The notes below the pieces were generated by a model, which was given only the letters and a program-made list of their open reading frames with translations, was not told the origin of the DNA and did no database searches. This document shows, piece after piece, positions 43,794 to 52,890 of a stretch of 64,000 bases of DNA. This stretch comes from an uncultured delta proteobacterium. Its GTDB lineage: Bacteria > Myxococcota_A > Polyangia > Polyangiales > Polyangiaceae. The stretch lies in the NCBI GenBank assembly GCA_963841435.1, contig CAWJCS010000003.1, forward strand, positions 832,001 to 896,000, in the 5' to 3' direction. The translations under genes were made by a program, and so were the position numbers. Within the stretch, counting starts at the first letter, position 1. Each line of letters opens with the position of its first letter.

Positions 43794-46700
43794 GGCGCAC
43801 CTCCCGCGGCGGCCTTCGGCTTTTTGCCGTCCTTGGGCGCCGCCTTATCATCCTCGTCGGCACCCTGCATGGGCACGAGGTAGCGCTGGCTATAGCCGCT
43901 TTCGGTGCGGCGCGGCCCCTGGATGAGAGGCGGCAACGGCAGAGGTCCGCGCGAGCGGAGCTCGAAGCCGACCTCCTTGAGCGGAGGATACAGCTCGCCG
44001 TTGAGCCGCCCGAGCGCCTCGCGCATCTTCGCCGTCCAGGAATTGAAGATACCGAGCTCGATCGCCTTGTTCCAGCCGCTCTCGTACGCCTCGAGCGCGC
44101 GCTCCTCGATTGGCACGACGAACTCCTCGATCGACTGCTGGTAGAGCTCCTTCTCGTCGTCGCTCAAGCTGGGCGGCGGCGGCGAGCCGAGCAGCGCCTT
44201 CGAGAACGACTCGTAGGTGAAGCCGATCTGGTAGAGCGACGCCGTGGTCCACTCGGCAACACCGATCTCCGCGGTACCGAGGAAGGTGTCGGCGGCTTTC
44301 TTGAGCAGCTCGCTCTTCTTCTTCAGGCGGCTCTTGAGCTGTTTCACGTCGCCCTCGATCGTGACCCCCTCGTACTGCCGCAGGATGGCTTCGCCCTGCA
44401 TGTAGCGCGCCTTGGCGGCGTAGTACTTGCCGCGATCGCCGAGGCGGCCTTTGCTCTGCGCGTAGAGGTGCACGGCGCGTTCGAGGGCGCTCGCCATGCC
44501 CCGCTCATCGCCCTTGCGCACGCTCGCGAGGCGCACGAGCGCTTCGAGCTGGCCGTTAACACCGCGCGCGCTCTTCGAGTAGCGATCGTAGAGCGCCTCC
44601 GCCTCCTTGAGCTTGCCGGCCTTCTCGTGGGCCTTGCCCATCAAGAAGGTGACCTCGTCGGACAGCTCGTCGCGCGGATAGAGCTTGCGGAAGGTCTCGC
44701 CGCTCGCGATGGCCTTGTCGTGCTCGCCCACCGTGGCTCTCAGCAGCACGGCGTTGAACGCCGCGTCCTTGTGGTGCTCGGATTTGGGGAAGTTGTCGGC
44801 GATGATGGCGTGGTAGTTCGCCGAATCGCTGAACAGCCCCACCTCCTGGTAGGTGCTCGCGGCGATCCACAGGCCCTCCGCCGCCTCGGGGCGGTCCTTG
44901 TGATAGCGGACGAGCAACGCCGACGCCGCGCCGAGCGTTTCCAGATCCGCCGCACGGCGCGCCTCGACCTCGGCGTTGACGGCAGCCTGGGCCGAGCGAG
45001 CCTCCGTGGGAAACTCCTGAGCGGCGCGCAGGTAAGCGGCCGCGGCACGGCCGTGATCGCCGGTCGCGGCGAGCTGCTCACCCTGCTTGAACATCGCACC
45101 CACGATGAGCCCGTTGAGGCGCGACTGCTGCGCGGGCGTCTGGAAGGCGGGAGCCTTCTTCAAGCGCCGCGCCCAGGTCTCGATGTTCTCGTAGTCCTTG
45201 CTGCGGTTGAACGAATCGAGGATGAGCTCACCGGCGCCCGCGGAGAGCTTGTGATTCGGATACTTCTCGAGCAAAAGCCCCCACTGTCGGACCGCGGGGT
45301 CGTAAACCTCGTAGTCGTAGTAGAGCTTGCCTTGGCGGAACAGTAGCTCGGGGATCTGCTTGTCGTTCGGGTAGGTGCGGACGTAAAGCTCCATCGCCTC
45401 GGTGAACTTCTTGTCCGTTGGCGTCTCCTGCTGCTTCTTGCCCGCCTTCTTGGCCGCCTCGAACTCGGCCGCGCGTGCCACCTCGAGCGACGCCAGCGCG
45501 TTGTAGAGCGCGACCCGCGAGAGCTCCGCGTTCGGGTTGATGCGCACGGCGCCCAGGTACGCGTCGGCCGCGCACATCGCGTCTTCGAGGCGATAAAAGC
45601 AGATGTCGGCGAGGTTGTAGCTGGCCTCGTAGGCCTGCTTCTGCCCCGAGAAGCGCGACAGGTAAACGCGGTAGAGCTCGGCCGCCGCCACGAACTCGCC
45701 ACGACTCACCTTGTCGGCCTGCGCCTTGGCATGAAGGCCCACCGCGTCCTGCCTGAGCTGCTCTTCGACGGCTTTCTCCGCGGTCGCGCGCGTCGCGGGG
45801 GTTTGCACGGAAAGCCACGCTGAGCGCGGCGCGGGAGGCTTGCCCGGCGGCGGCGGCAGCGGCTCGACGTAGTCGCGCAGGATCTTCTTGTAGTCCTCCT
45901 CGAGCACTTGCCACGTCTCCATCGTGGAGTGTGCCGCGGCGATCTGCAGGGCGTAGCGGTAGCCCTCGGGGCTCGTCGGCTCGAGCTTGATGAGCAGCCG
46001 GTAGGCTTCCACGCCGCGCTCGTACTGCGCCTGGTCGTAGAGCGTCTCCGCGAGCGCCCGCACGATGCGGCCCGCGAACTTGTCGCCTCCTGCCTGCACG
46101 AGGAAGCGATACATGTCCTCGGCGCGGTTCTTCTCGTCCTCGACGAACACGGCCACGAGGTTCTTGAGGGCCTCGCTCTGCAGCTCCTCGAGCTCGCCGC
46201 GGCGCGTGGCCTTCTTGCCGCCCTCCTCGGTCGACTGGAACACCTTGAGGAAGCGCCGCGCCGCCTCCTGGGACTTGCCGAGCCGCCATAGCGTCCAGGC
46301 ACTCTTGAACAGGGCGATGTCGTAGAGCTCGGTGTCCTCGTAACGCAGGACCTCTTCGTATTCGTCGTATGCGTGCTGGTAGTCCGGCGCGTCCTTGGTG
46401 AACTCGAACTCGGCGCGCATCATGTGCGCGTCGGGGACGAAGCGGCTCTTGGGAAACCACTCGAGGATCTTGTTGAAGCGACCGAGCGCTTCCTCGGGCT
46501 TGCCCTCCTCGTTGGCGAGGAACCCATCGATGTACAGCGCCAGGTCGTATTCGCGGAAGGTCTTGTGGTGTTTGAGCACCTCGATGAAGCGCGCGCGCGG
46601 CTTCCGATAGTCCTGCACGGGCGGGTCACCACGCTGATCCACGGGGATCTTTTCCCACTTCTGGAAGTCCGCAAGAAATCTGTCTCGCGATTCCTCCCAC

Positions 46701-47101
46701 TCGAGCTCACCAATGCGCACGAGCGCTTCCGGGAGCTCGCTCGAGTCGGAGGGCGACTCGCGGATGAACTTTTCGAGCAGATCGTGGGCTTCGGCGCGCA
46801 GGCGCTTGGTCGCCGCGACGTTGCGAGCGATGCGTCGATCGATGCGGCGGGCGAGCGTTGCGCGCAGCGCCTCGGGGATCTGCAGGCTCACGCGAACCTC
46901 GCGCCTGGACTTCGCCTTGGACTCCGCCTTCTTCTTGATGGTGGGGCGGGCCTGGGCACCGAGCTGACGCTCGGCGGCGGGCTTGATCGACGAGCTTTCC
47001 CCGGCAAGGGAGGGGGTGACCGCATGGTCCTCGGCGCCGCTCGCCGCGACGGGCGACAGGGACACGAGGAGCGCGAAGCCAGCGACGAGGCGGGTGCGCA
47101 C
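43790..47101 (-). CDS. large secreted TPR protein, GltD(AgmU)/NfsD-like
   Basis: Signal peptide, 1103 aa of TPR helices; C-terminal WTTASLYQIG..YE.F...L...P.P..L...E...Y...IEE...PIEERALEAYE...KA.ELGIFNSW block that I recognise from GltD-type proteins. Confidence 0.75.
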   Translation of the reverse strand: MRTRLVAGFALLVSLSPVAASGAEDHAVTPSLAGESSSIKPAAERQLGAQARPTIKKKAESKAKSRREVRVSLQIPEALRATLARRIDRRIARNVAATKRLRAEAHDLLEKFIRESPSDSSELPEALVRIGELEWEESRDRFLADFQKWEKIPVDQRGDPPVQDYRKPRARFIEVLKHHKTFREYDLALYIDGFLANEEGKPEEALGRFNKILEWFPKSRFVPDAHMMRAEFEFTKDAPDYQHAYDEYEEVLRYEDTELYDIALFKSAWTLWRLGKSQEAARRFLKVFQSTEEGGKKATRRGELEELQSEALKNLVAVFVEDEKNRAEDMYRFLVQAGGDKFAGRIVRALAETLYDQAQYERGVEAYRLLIKLEPTSPEGYRYALQIAAAHSTMETWQVLEEDYKKILRDYVEPLPPPPGKPPAPRSAWLSVQTPATRATAEKAVEEQLRQDAVGLHAKAQADKVSRGEFVAAAELYRVYLSRFSGQKQAYEASYNLADICFYRLEDAMCAADAYLGAVRINPNAELSRVALYNALASLEVARAAEFEAAKKAGKKQQETPTDKKFTEAMELYVRTYPNDKQIPELLFRQGKLYYDYEVYDPAVRQWGLLLEKYPNHKLSAGAGELILDSFNRSKDYENIETWARRLKKAPAFQTPAQQSRLNGLIVGAMFKQGEQLAATGDHGRAAAAYLRAAQEFPTEARSAQAAVNAEVEARRAADLETLGAASALLVRYHKDRPEAAEGLWIAASTYQEVGLFSDSANYHAIIADNFPKSEHHKDAAFNAVLLRATVGEHDKAIASGETFRKLYPRDELSDEVTFLMGKAHEKAGKLKEAEALYDRYSKSARGVNGQLEALVRLASVRKGDERGMASALERAVHLYAQSKGRLGDRGKYYAAKARYMQGEAILRQYEGVTIEGDVKQLKSRLKKKSELLKKAADTFLGTAEIGVAEWTTASLYQIGFTYESFSKALLGSPPPPSLSDDEKELYQQSIEEFVVPIEERALEAYESGWNKAIELGIFNSWTAKMREALGRLNGELYPPLKEVGFELRSRGPLPLPPLIQGPRRTESGYSQRYLVPMQGADEDDKAAPKDGKKPKAAAGGAP

Positions 47102-47112
47102 GACTACCCAGC

Positions 47113-47141
47113 AAGGTAAGCGACCCGCACGGAGGGGTCAA
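47113..47141 (-). promoter_or_regulatory. sigma70-like promoter of the gltD-like gene (TTGACC-N17-TACCTT)
   Basis: 17-bp spacer; GTG 11 nt downstream. Confidence 0.55.
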
Positions 47142-47235
47142 CGAGGCCCAGATCCGTGCTAACCGGTGGGGGGCCAGGGAAGACGTTGGCGTCTCGCCAC
47201 GTACATCGACTTACACAAGCCGGAGGAGCGAAGCG

Positions 47236-48576
47236 ATGAAGCCGAGAAACTTGGGACCGGTTCTTGCTGTTCTAGGAGCCACTGTCGGCGTCGCGTGCGC
47301 CATCGAGGAGACGCCCGCCAACCCGGATGGGAGCTCTGGCAAGGGGGGCAGCTCGGGGGCGAGCGGCGGCACGTCGGGCAAGGGCGGCAGCTCGGGGACG
47401 AGCACGGGTGGTAGCTCGGGCAAGGGCGGTTCGTCGAGTGGCGGCACGGGCGGCAGCGGGGCGAGCGGTGGCGGCAGCGGCAAGGCGGGCAGCGGCGGCA
47501 CGGGCGGCTCGACGGGCGACGCGGGCGGCGGCGGTGAGGGTGGCGGCGGCACCATGGGCGGCCTGCCGTTCTCGCCGTCGAACCTACCGGAGCTCGACAG
47601 CGACGGCGTCGGAGACGTCGTGCTCTCCGACCAGGACTGCGAAATCGACACGGACGACGGAACCATCTCCTGCGTCAACGACGCGTCCAGCTTCGCGTTC
47701 TCGACGACCACGCAATCGGACGGGCCGGACCTCGCCATTTTCCGAGCGCTCTCGTTCCTGATCGAGCAGAGCGCGCAGGTGAAGGTGGTCGGCTCGCGCC
47801 CGCTCGTGCTGGTGGCGTTCGATGGCATCGACGTGCGCGGAGGGCTCGACGCGTCGGCCTCGACGAGCACCGCGAACGGCGGCGGCTTCGCGCAGTCCCC
47901 GTCCGGCAAGGGCGGCGGCGCCGGCGGCGGCGCTGCGAGCCGCAATTACGTGGCGGGCGGCGGCGGCGCGTTCTGCGGCAAGGGCGGCGACGGTGGCTTC
48001 CCCGCATCGGATCCCCCGGCGAGCGTCGGCGGCACGCCTTTCGGCACGCCGGAGCTCTCGCCCCTGTTCGGCGGAGCCGCGGGCGGCGGGCAGCAAGACG
48101 GAAACCAGGGCGGCGCGGGCGGCGGTGCCATCCAGCTCGTCGCCGGCACGAGCGTCATGGTCGGCACCAACGGCTACGTCAGCGTCGGGGGCGGCGGCGG
48201 GCGCTCGAACGGCGGTGGTGCGGGCAGCGGCGGCGCGATCCTCATCGAATCGCCCATGGTGACCATCAACGGCACGCTCGCCGCGAACGGCGGCGGCGGC
48301 GCGATCTTCAACGGCGGCTCGCCGGGTCAATCAGGTCAGCCCGGGGATACCGCCGCACTCGGCAGCGTCACGACGGCTGGCATCGGGAGCGCGGGCATGA
48401 CGATCGCCGGCGGCAACGGCACCAACGACGGCAGCAGCAACAATGCGAGCGGCGGCGGCGGCGGCGGCGCAGGTCGCATCCGCATCAACACCGATTCCGG
48501 CTCGGCGACGTTCGGCTCGAACGCCGTGCTCTCCCCGGCGGAGACCACGACGTGCGTGACCGAAGGCAAGCTCTAG
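47236..48576 (+). CDS. glycine-rich lipoprotein
   Basis: GGAGG RBS; lipobox GVAC; Gly/Ser linker; repeated GGAGGGAIQL, GAGSGGAILI, GGGGAGRIRI motifs. Confidence 0.8.
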   Translation: MKPRNLGPVLAVLGATVGVACAIEETPANPDGSSGKGGSSGASGGTSGKGGSSGTSTGGSSGKGGSSSGGTGGSGASGGGSGKAGSGGTGGSTGDAGGGGEGGGGTMGGLPFSPSNLPELDSDGVGDVVLSDQDCEIDTDDGTISCVNDASSFAFSTTTQSDGPDLAIFRALSFLIEQSAQVKVVGSRPLVLVAFDGIDVRGGLDASASTSTANGGGFAQSPSGKGGGAGGGAASRNYVAGGGGAFCGKGGDGGFPASDPPASVGGTPFGTPELSPLFGGAAGGGQQDGNQGGAGGGAIQLVAGTSVMVGTNGYVSVGGGGGRSNGGGAGSGGAILIESPMVTINGTLAANGGGGAIFNGGSPGQSGQPGDTAALGSVTTAGIGSAGMTIAGGNGTNDGSSNNASGGGGGGAGRIRINTDSGSATFGSNAVLSPAETTTCVTEGKL

Positions 48577-48616
48577 AACGACTTCAGGGCCCGTCGGTCG
48601 CGCCGTAGCGCGCCGG

Positions 48617-48934
48617 CTAGGGTCCGACCCAGGTCGCGGTGGAGCCGCTCACGGCGTAGGGCGGCGACGCATTCAGCCCGTCATCGCTGATGTTGGCCTT
48701 GATCGAGGTCCGTCGGTGGCGAACGACCAGGGGCCCGGGTACGTCCCCGTGCCGGCGATCGAGATCTCGTCGACCTGCACGACGGTCGGATTCACGAGTG
48801 CCGCCGGGGCCTCGATGGTCATTGCGTCGTCGGTGTACCAGGGGTCGCCCGCGGCGATCGACGGGCTCAGCCGAACAGGCGATGAGCAAACCAAAAACGG
48901 AAAAAACTCGACCTTTTCGTAAGCTAAACGTCAT
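48617..48934 (-). pseudogene. short lipoprotein-like gene or remnant with two compensating frameshifts
   Basis: LIAC lipobox in one frame, coding-like middle (SIAAGDPWYTDD...GTYPGPWSFATDG) in a second frame, return to the first frame (SIKANISDDG...WVGP). Confidence 0.45.
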
Positions 48935-49007
48935 GGGCCCTCCGTGGAGGCGATAAGGCCTTTCGGCCGCACGCCGAGTACCCTAGCTCTCCGCGAGCGG
49001 TCACCCG

Positions 49008-49793
49008 ATGAGCAGCGCCCACGGCATCGTGCTCCTGTTGCACTCGGCCCTTCGCTGGGCCGTGCTCGGCTTGGCGCTCGCCGTGGTGATCCGCGCGTGC
49101 GCAGGTTGGTACCGCGCGCGCAGCTGGACAGGCAGCGACGAGCACCTCCACGTCGCCCTCTTGTCTGCGCTCGACCTCGAGCTCGCGCTCGGGCTCGCGC
49201 TGTATCTGTTCGTCGGCCCCATGCCGCGCGCATTCCTGCTTGCGCTTCCGCGCTCACTGAAAGTCCCGGAGCTCAGGTTTTTCGGGCTCGAGCACGCGCT
49301 CGTCATGCTCGCAGCGGTCGCCCTGGCGCACGTGGGACGCTCGACGTCGCTCAGCATGGCGGAGGCCCGGTCGCGCCAGCGCCGCGTGGTCGTCACGACG
49401 CTGCCCGCCCTTTTGCTCGTTGCGTTGGCGATTCCCTGGCCATACGGGCGCGTCGAGCGGCCGCTGTTGCGAACGGCGCTGCCCAGCGCCGCGAGTGTCG
49501 TCGGGCAAACCGTGTCCGGACCGGCCTGCCCTCCGCTCTACGCCGTGCGCTGCGCGCCGTGTCACGGCGCGACTGGCCTCGGCGACGGCACGCTTTCCGC
49601 TTCGCTCAGACCGGCACCGCCACGCTTCGACGACGCCGCCTGGCAGGCCACGCTGAGCGACGCCGAGCTCCAGATCCTCATTCGCGACGGCGGCGCGCGA
49701 GCGGGCAAGAGCCCCCTCATGCCTTCCCACCGTGATCTTCCCCTCGCCAACGTCACCTGGCTCGTGCGCTGCGTGCGCTCTTTCCGGGAGTGA
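49008..49793 (+). CDS. 4-TM membrane protein fused to a C-terminal c-type cytochrome
   Basis: TM His residues (LHSALRW, LEHALVM, LAHVG); CAPCHG..G.GDG, distal MP motif. Confidence 0.8.
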   Translation: MSSAHGIVLLLHSALRWAVLGLALAVVIRACAGWYRARSWTGSDEHLHVALLSALDLELALGLALYLFVGPMPRAFLLALPRSLKVPELRFFGLEHALVMLAAVALAHVGRSTSLSMAEARSRQRRVVVTTLPALLLVALAIPWPYGRVERPLLRTALPSAASVVGQTVSGPACPPLYAVRCAPCHGATGLGDGTLSASLRPAPPRFDDAAWQATLSDAELQILIRDGGARAGKSPLMPSHRDLPLANVTWLVRCVRSFRE

Positions 49794-51655
49794 CGGTGGC
49801 AAACCCCGAGCGACGGCACGCGGCGCGCTTACGCGCGGGCGCTCGACCGGCTTATGCTCCGCAGCGAACGTCCTTGCCCGCCAGAACGCCCAATCCTGCC
49901 CGCCGACCTCGCCGCGGAGATCCGCTCGCGTTGCTCGTCGCGGCGGCGCTCGTCGGCGCAGCCGACTGGCTGTTCCCGATACGGGGGCTGCTTTCGATCG
50001 CGCTCTGCGCGGCGCTGAGCTTGCTCGCCATCCCCTGGACGGTGCACGTCTTCGCGAGCCTTGGTGACCGCGAAAAGACGCCGCAGGAGAGCACGGTCGG
50101 GTGGCTCCTTTTCAGGCTCGGCATGCTGTTTTTGCTCTTGGCCTTCCTCACGGCAAAGTGGCTGGTCGTCGTGTATTCGCACGGCGACCACGCCGACTTC
50201 GCGGCGTCGTCTCAGAGCTACACGCTCGGTGTTCTTTTCGTGTTCTCCCTCGGGCTCGCCGCGCGGGGCCTGCACATCGCGCGCTTCGCCGAGCTGGTCG
50301 CCGACCACCCCGCGCGACTGATGGCGCTTTCCTTCGGCATCACGGGCGTGGCCGGTGCGCTCGTTCTGAGCCTGCCGTTCTCGGTCGAGACCGTGAAGGG
50401 CGTGTCGCTCGTCAACAACCTGTTCATGGCCTTCAGCGCCGTGTGCGTCACCGGGCTCGCCGTCAACAACGTCGCGGCGACTTACAGCGTCGCCGGCCAG
50501 GCCGTGCTCTGCCTGCTGATCCAGGTCGGTGGTCTCGGCATCATGGTGCTTTCGGCGGCGATCAGCGTGCTCTCGGGCCGCCGCATGAAGGTGAAGAGCA
50601 GCGCCGTGCTCGCCGAGATGGTCGATGTGAGCTCGCTCGCGAGCCTGCGCCGCACCGTGGTGATGATCCTCTTTTACACCCTGTTTCTCGAGGGCGCCGG
50701 GGCCACGCTGCTCTATCTCGACTTCGCCGCACGACCCGAGATGGCGCACCGCTTCGGCGGCGACCTCGCAGGAGCGGGCGACGCACGCTGGGCCGCGGTC
50801 TTTCACGCCGTGAGCGCCTTTTGCAACGCGGGGTTCTCCAATCTTTCGGGCGGGCTCATGCCGTTTTCATCCTCACCGTCGGTCACGCTGACGATTTCGG
50901 TGCTCGTCGTGCTCGGCGGCATCGGTTTTCCGGTGATCGACGAGCTGTTCCACAGCCTGTTCACCTTCCTCCGCCGGCGGCGCGTGACGGTGCTCAGCCT
51001 CAACACGCGCGTCGCCCTGCGATCGACGGCGCTTTTGCTCGTCGCGATGGCCGGCGTCTACCTGCTCCTCGAGTGGCGCTCGTCGATGTCGGGGCTCGGG
51101 TTCGGCGAACGCTTGAACGCCGCCCTCTTCCAGTCGGTGTCGTGCCGCACAGCCGGCTTCAATCTCGTCAACGTGGGCGCCATGACGCCGGCCGTGCTCG
51201 TGTTGACTGCGGGAGCGATGTTCGTGGGGGCATGCCCGGGGAGCACCGCGGGCGGCATCAAGACGACGACGCTCGCCGTGCTCGTTGCCGGCGTGCGCTC
51301 CGAGCTCGTGGGTCGCCCACCGTGCCTGTTGAACCGGCGCGTGCCGGAGGCCATGATTCGCCGCGCGAGCAGCGTTGCCGTGCTCAGCATGCTCCTGGTC
51401 TCGTTCGTGTTCGTGCTGCTCTTGCTCGTCGAGCGCCACGCGCCGCTCGCGCTGGCGTTCGAGGCGGTGAGCGCCTTTTCGACGACGGGCCTCTCGACCG
51501 GCATCACCCCCGAGCTCTCGACGACCGGCAAGCTCATCGTAACCCTGACCATGTTCATCGGGCGCATCGGACCCCTGACGCTCGCGCTCGCGCTCGCTCG
51601 CGCAGCCTCGGAGCGCAGCATCCAGCTACCCGAAGAGCGCGTGATGATTGGTTGA
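49790..51655 (+). CDS. ktrB: Trk/Ktr potassium uptake membrane subunit (KtrB/TrkH) with N-terminal extension
   Basis: Four pore loops VCVTGL, FCNAGF, CRTAGF, FSTTGL; PGSTAGGIKTTT; MFIGRIGPL. Confidence 0.92.
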   Translation: MTVANPERRHAARLRAGARPAYAPQRTSLPARTPNPARRPRRGDPLALLVAAALVGAADWLFPIRGLLSIALCAALSLLAIPWTVHVFASLGDREKTPQESTVGWLLFRLGMLFLLLAFLTAKWLVVVYSHGDHADFAASSQSYTLGVLFVFSLGLAARGLHIARFAELVADHPARLMALSFGITGVAGALVLSLPFSVETVKGVSLVNNLFMAFSAVCVTGLAVNNVAATYSVAGQAVLCLLIQVGGLGIMVLSAAISVLSGRRMKVKSSAVLAEMVDVSSLASLRRTVVMILFYTLFLEGAGATLLYLDFAARPEMAHRFGGDLAGAGDARWAAVFHAVSAFCNAGFSNLSGGLMPFSSSPSVTLTISVLVVLGGIGFPVIDELFHSLFTFLRRRRVTVLSLNTRVALRSTALLLVAMAGVYLLLEWRSSMSGLGFGERLNAALFQSVSCRTAGFNLVNVGAMTPAVLVLTAGAMFVGACPGSTAGGIKTTTLAVLVAGVRSELVGRPPCLLNRRVPEAMIRRASSVAVLSMLLVSFVFVLLLLVERHAPLALAFEAVSAFSTTGLSTGITPELSTTGKLIVTLTMFIGRIGPLTLALALARAASERSIQLPEERVMIG

Positions 51656-51670
51656 GCGAAGGAGAACGGC

Positions 51671-52348
51671 GTGGCGACGAAGAAGGTACTGGTCGTGGGC
51701 CTCGGGCGCTTCGGTGGCGCGCTCGCGGACGAGTTGTGGGACACCGGCAGCGAGCTCATCATCGTGGACAAGGATCCCGACGCCATCGACGCCTACAAGT
51801 CGAAGGCGAGCGCCGCGTTCGTGGCCAACGTCAACGACCCCGGCGTGCTGGAGAGCGTCGGCGCGCGGGACGTCAACGTCGCCGTCGTCACGGCGGGCGA
51901 GGACTTCGAGGCCACGGTGCTCGCCGTTGCGCAGCTTTCGCAGCTCGGCGTAAAGACGATCTTCGCCCGCGCCGTGAACGACCGGCAGGCCCACGTGCTG
52001 CGCGCCGTGGGGGCGACGCGCGCCGTGCAGGTCGAGGACGAAATGGGGCGGCGCCTCGCCGTCCAGGTGCTGAACCCCTCGGCGGCCCACCTGATGGACT
52101 ACGCCACGCACTTTCGCGTCGTGCCCTGGGTGGCGGCCCCGCCGCACGTCGGCCGGACGCTCGCGGAGGCGCGGTTTCGTCGCTACGAGGTCAACGTGCT
52201 CGGTTACTTTCCCAAGGATTCGAAGCACGAGGGGCGACCACGCCTCCAGATGGCCGCGCCCGACTACCGCATCCGCGAGGGCGACACGCTCCTCATCGTG
52301 TGTGAGGAGGAAAAGCTCGAGCGCTTCCTCGCTTCCGTGGAAGGCTGA
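51671..52348 (+). CDS. ktrA: Trk/Ktr potassium uptake RCK subunit (KtrA/TrkA)
   Basis: VVGLGRFG, TrkA-N and TrkA-C domains; AAGGAG RBS. Confidence 0.92.
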   Translation: MATKKVLVVGLGRFGGALADELWDTGSELIIVDKDPDAIDAYKSKASAAFVANVNDPGVLESVGARDVNVAVVTAGEDFEATVLAVAQLSQLGVKTIFARAVNDRQAHVLRAVGATRAVQVEDEMGRRLAVQVLNPSAAHLMDYATHFRVVPWVAAPPHVGRTLAEARFRRYEVNVLGYFPKDSKHEGRPRLQMAAPDYRIREGDTLLIVCEEEKLERFLASVEG

Positions 52349-52383
52349 TCCGGCCCGAGCGGGCATGGTAGCCTCCTTGTCGC

Positions 52384-52821
52384 ATGCAAGCCGCGCACCT
52401 TCCACCCGAAGCGGAGGTGGAGGAAGTGTTCTTCGACGGCCGCCCCGCGTTGGTACCGAGCCTCGGCGTCGCGTTGCTCGTGATCCTGACGCTCGGCCTG
52501 TGGCTGATCCCCCAGTGGTGGGTGTCACGCGGCTGCCACTACCGGGTCACCTCGCGGCGTATCGTCGTCGAGACCGGCGTGCTGTCGAAACGACTCGAGC
52601 AGATCGATCTCTATCGTATCAACGACTACAGCGTGGAGCGACCCTTTTTCCAGCGCCTACTCGGTACCGGCAATCTGCTCCTCAAAGCGATGGACAAGAC
52701 CACCCCCGAGCTCAAGCTCGCGAACCTGAAGACCGACGTGGTGGCGCTGTACGAGCGCGTGAGGGAAGCAACGGAAATCGACAAGGCCAAGCGCAACACG
52801 CGGGTCGTCGACTACGAATGA
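52384..52821 (+). CDS. bacterial PH-domain (bPH_2-like) membrane protein
   Basis: ILTLGLW TM, YRVTSRRIVVETGVLSK...IDLYRI.D..VERPFFQRLLGTG. Confidence 0.85.
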   Translation: MQAAHLPPEAEVEEVFFDGRPALVPSLGVALLVILTLGLWLIPQWWVSRGCHYRVTSRRIVVETGVLSKRLEQIDLYRINDYSVERPFFQRLLGTGNLLLKAMDKTTPELKLANLKTDVVALYERVREATEIDKAKRNTRVVDYE

Positions 52822-52890
52822 CTCACTCCGCTCCGAGGTCGAGCTCGCCGCAGGCGCTTTCGTCCTAAAGGCTGAGCCCGCCGAATGCGC

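Noticed and set aside
39971..47101. Single five-gene operon from gltD-like to tlpA
   Set aside because: A 102-bp gap with its own -35/-10 precedes the VKOR gene, so co-transcription with the TPR genes is not established
47236..48576. PE-PGRS-like annotation for the Gly-rich proteins
   Set aside because: No PE domain; similarity would be low-complexity only
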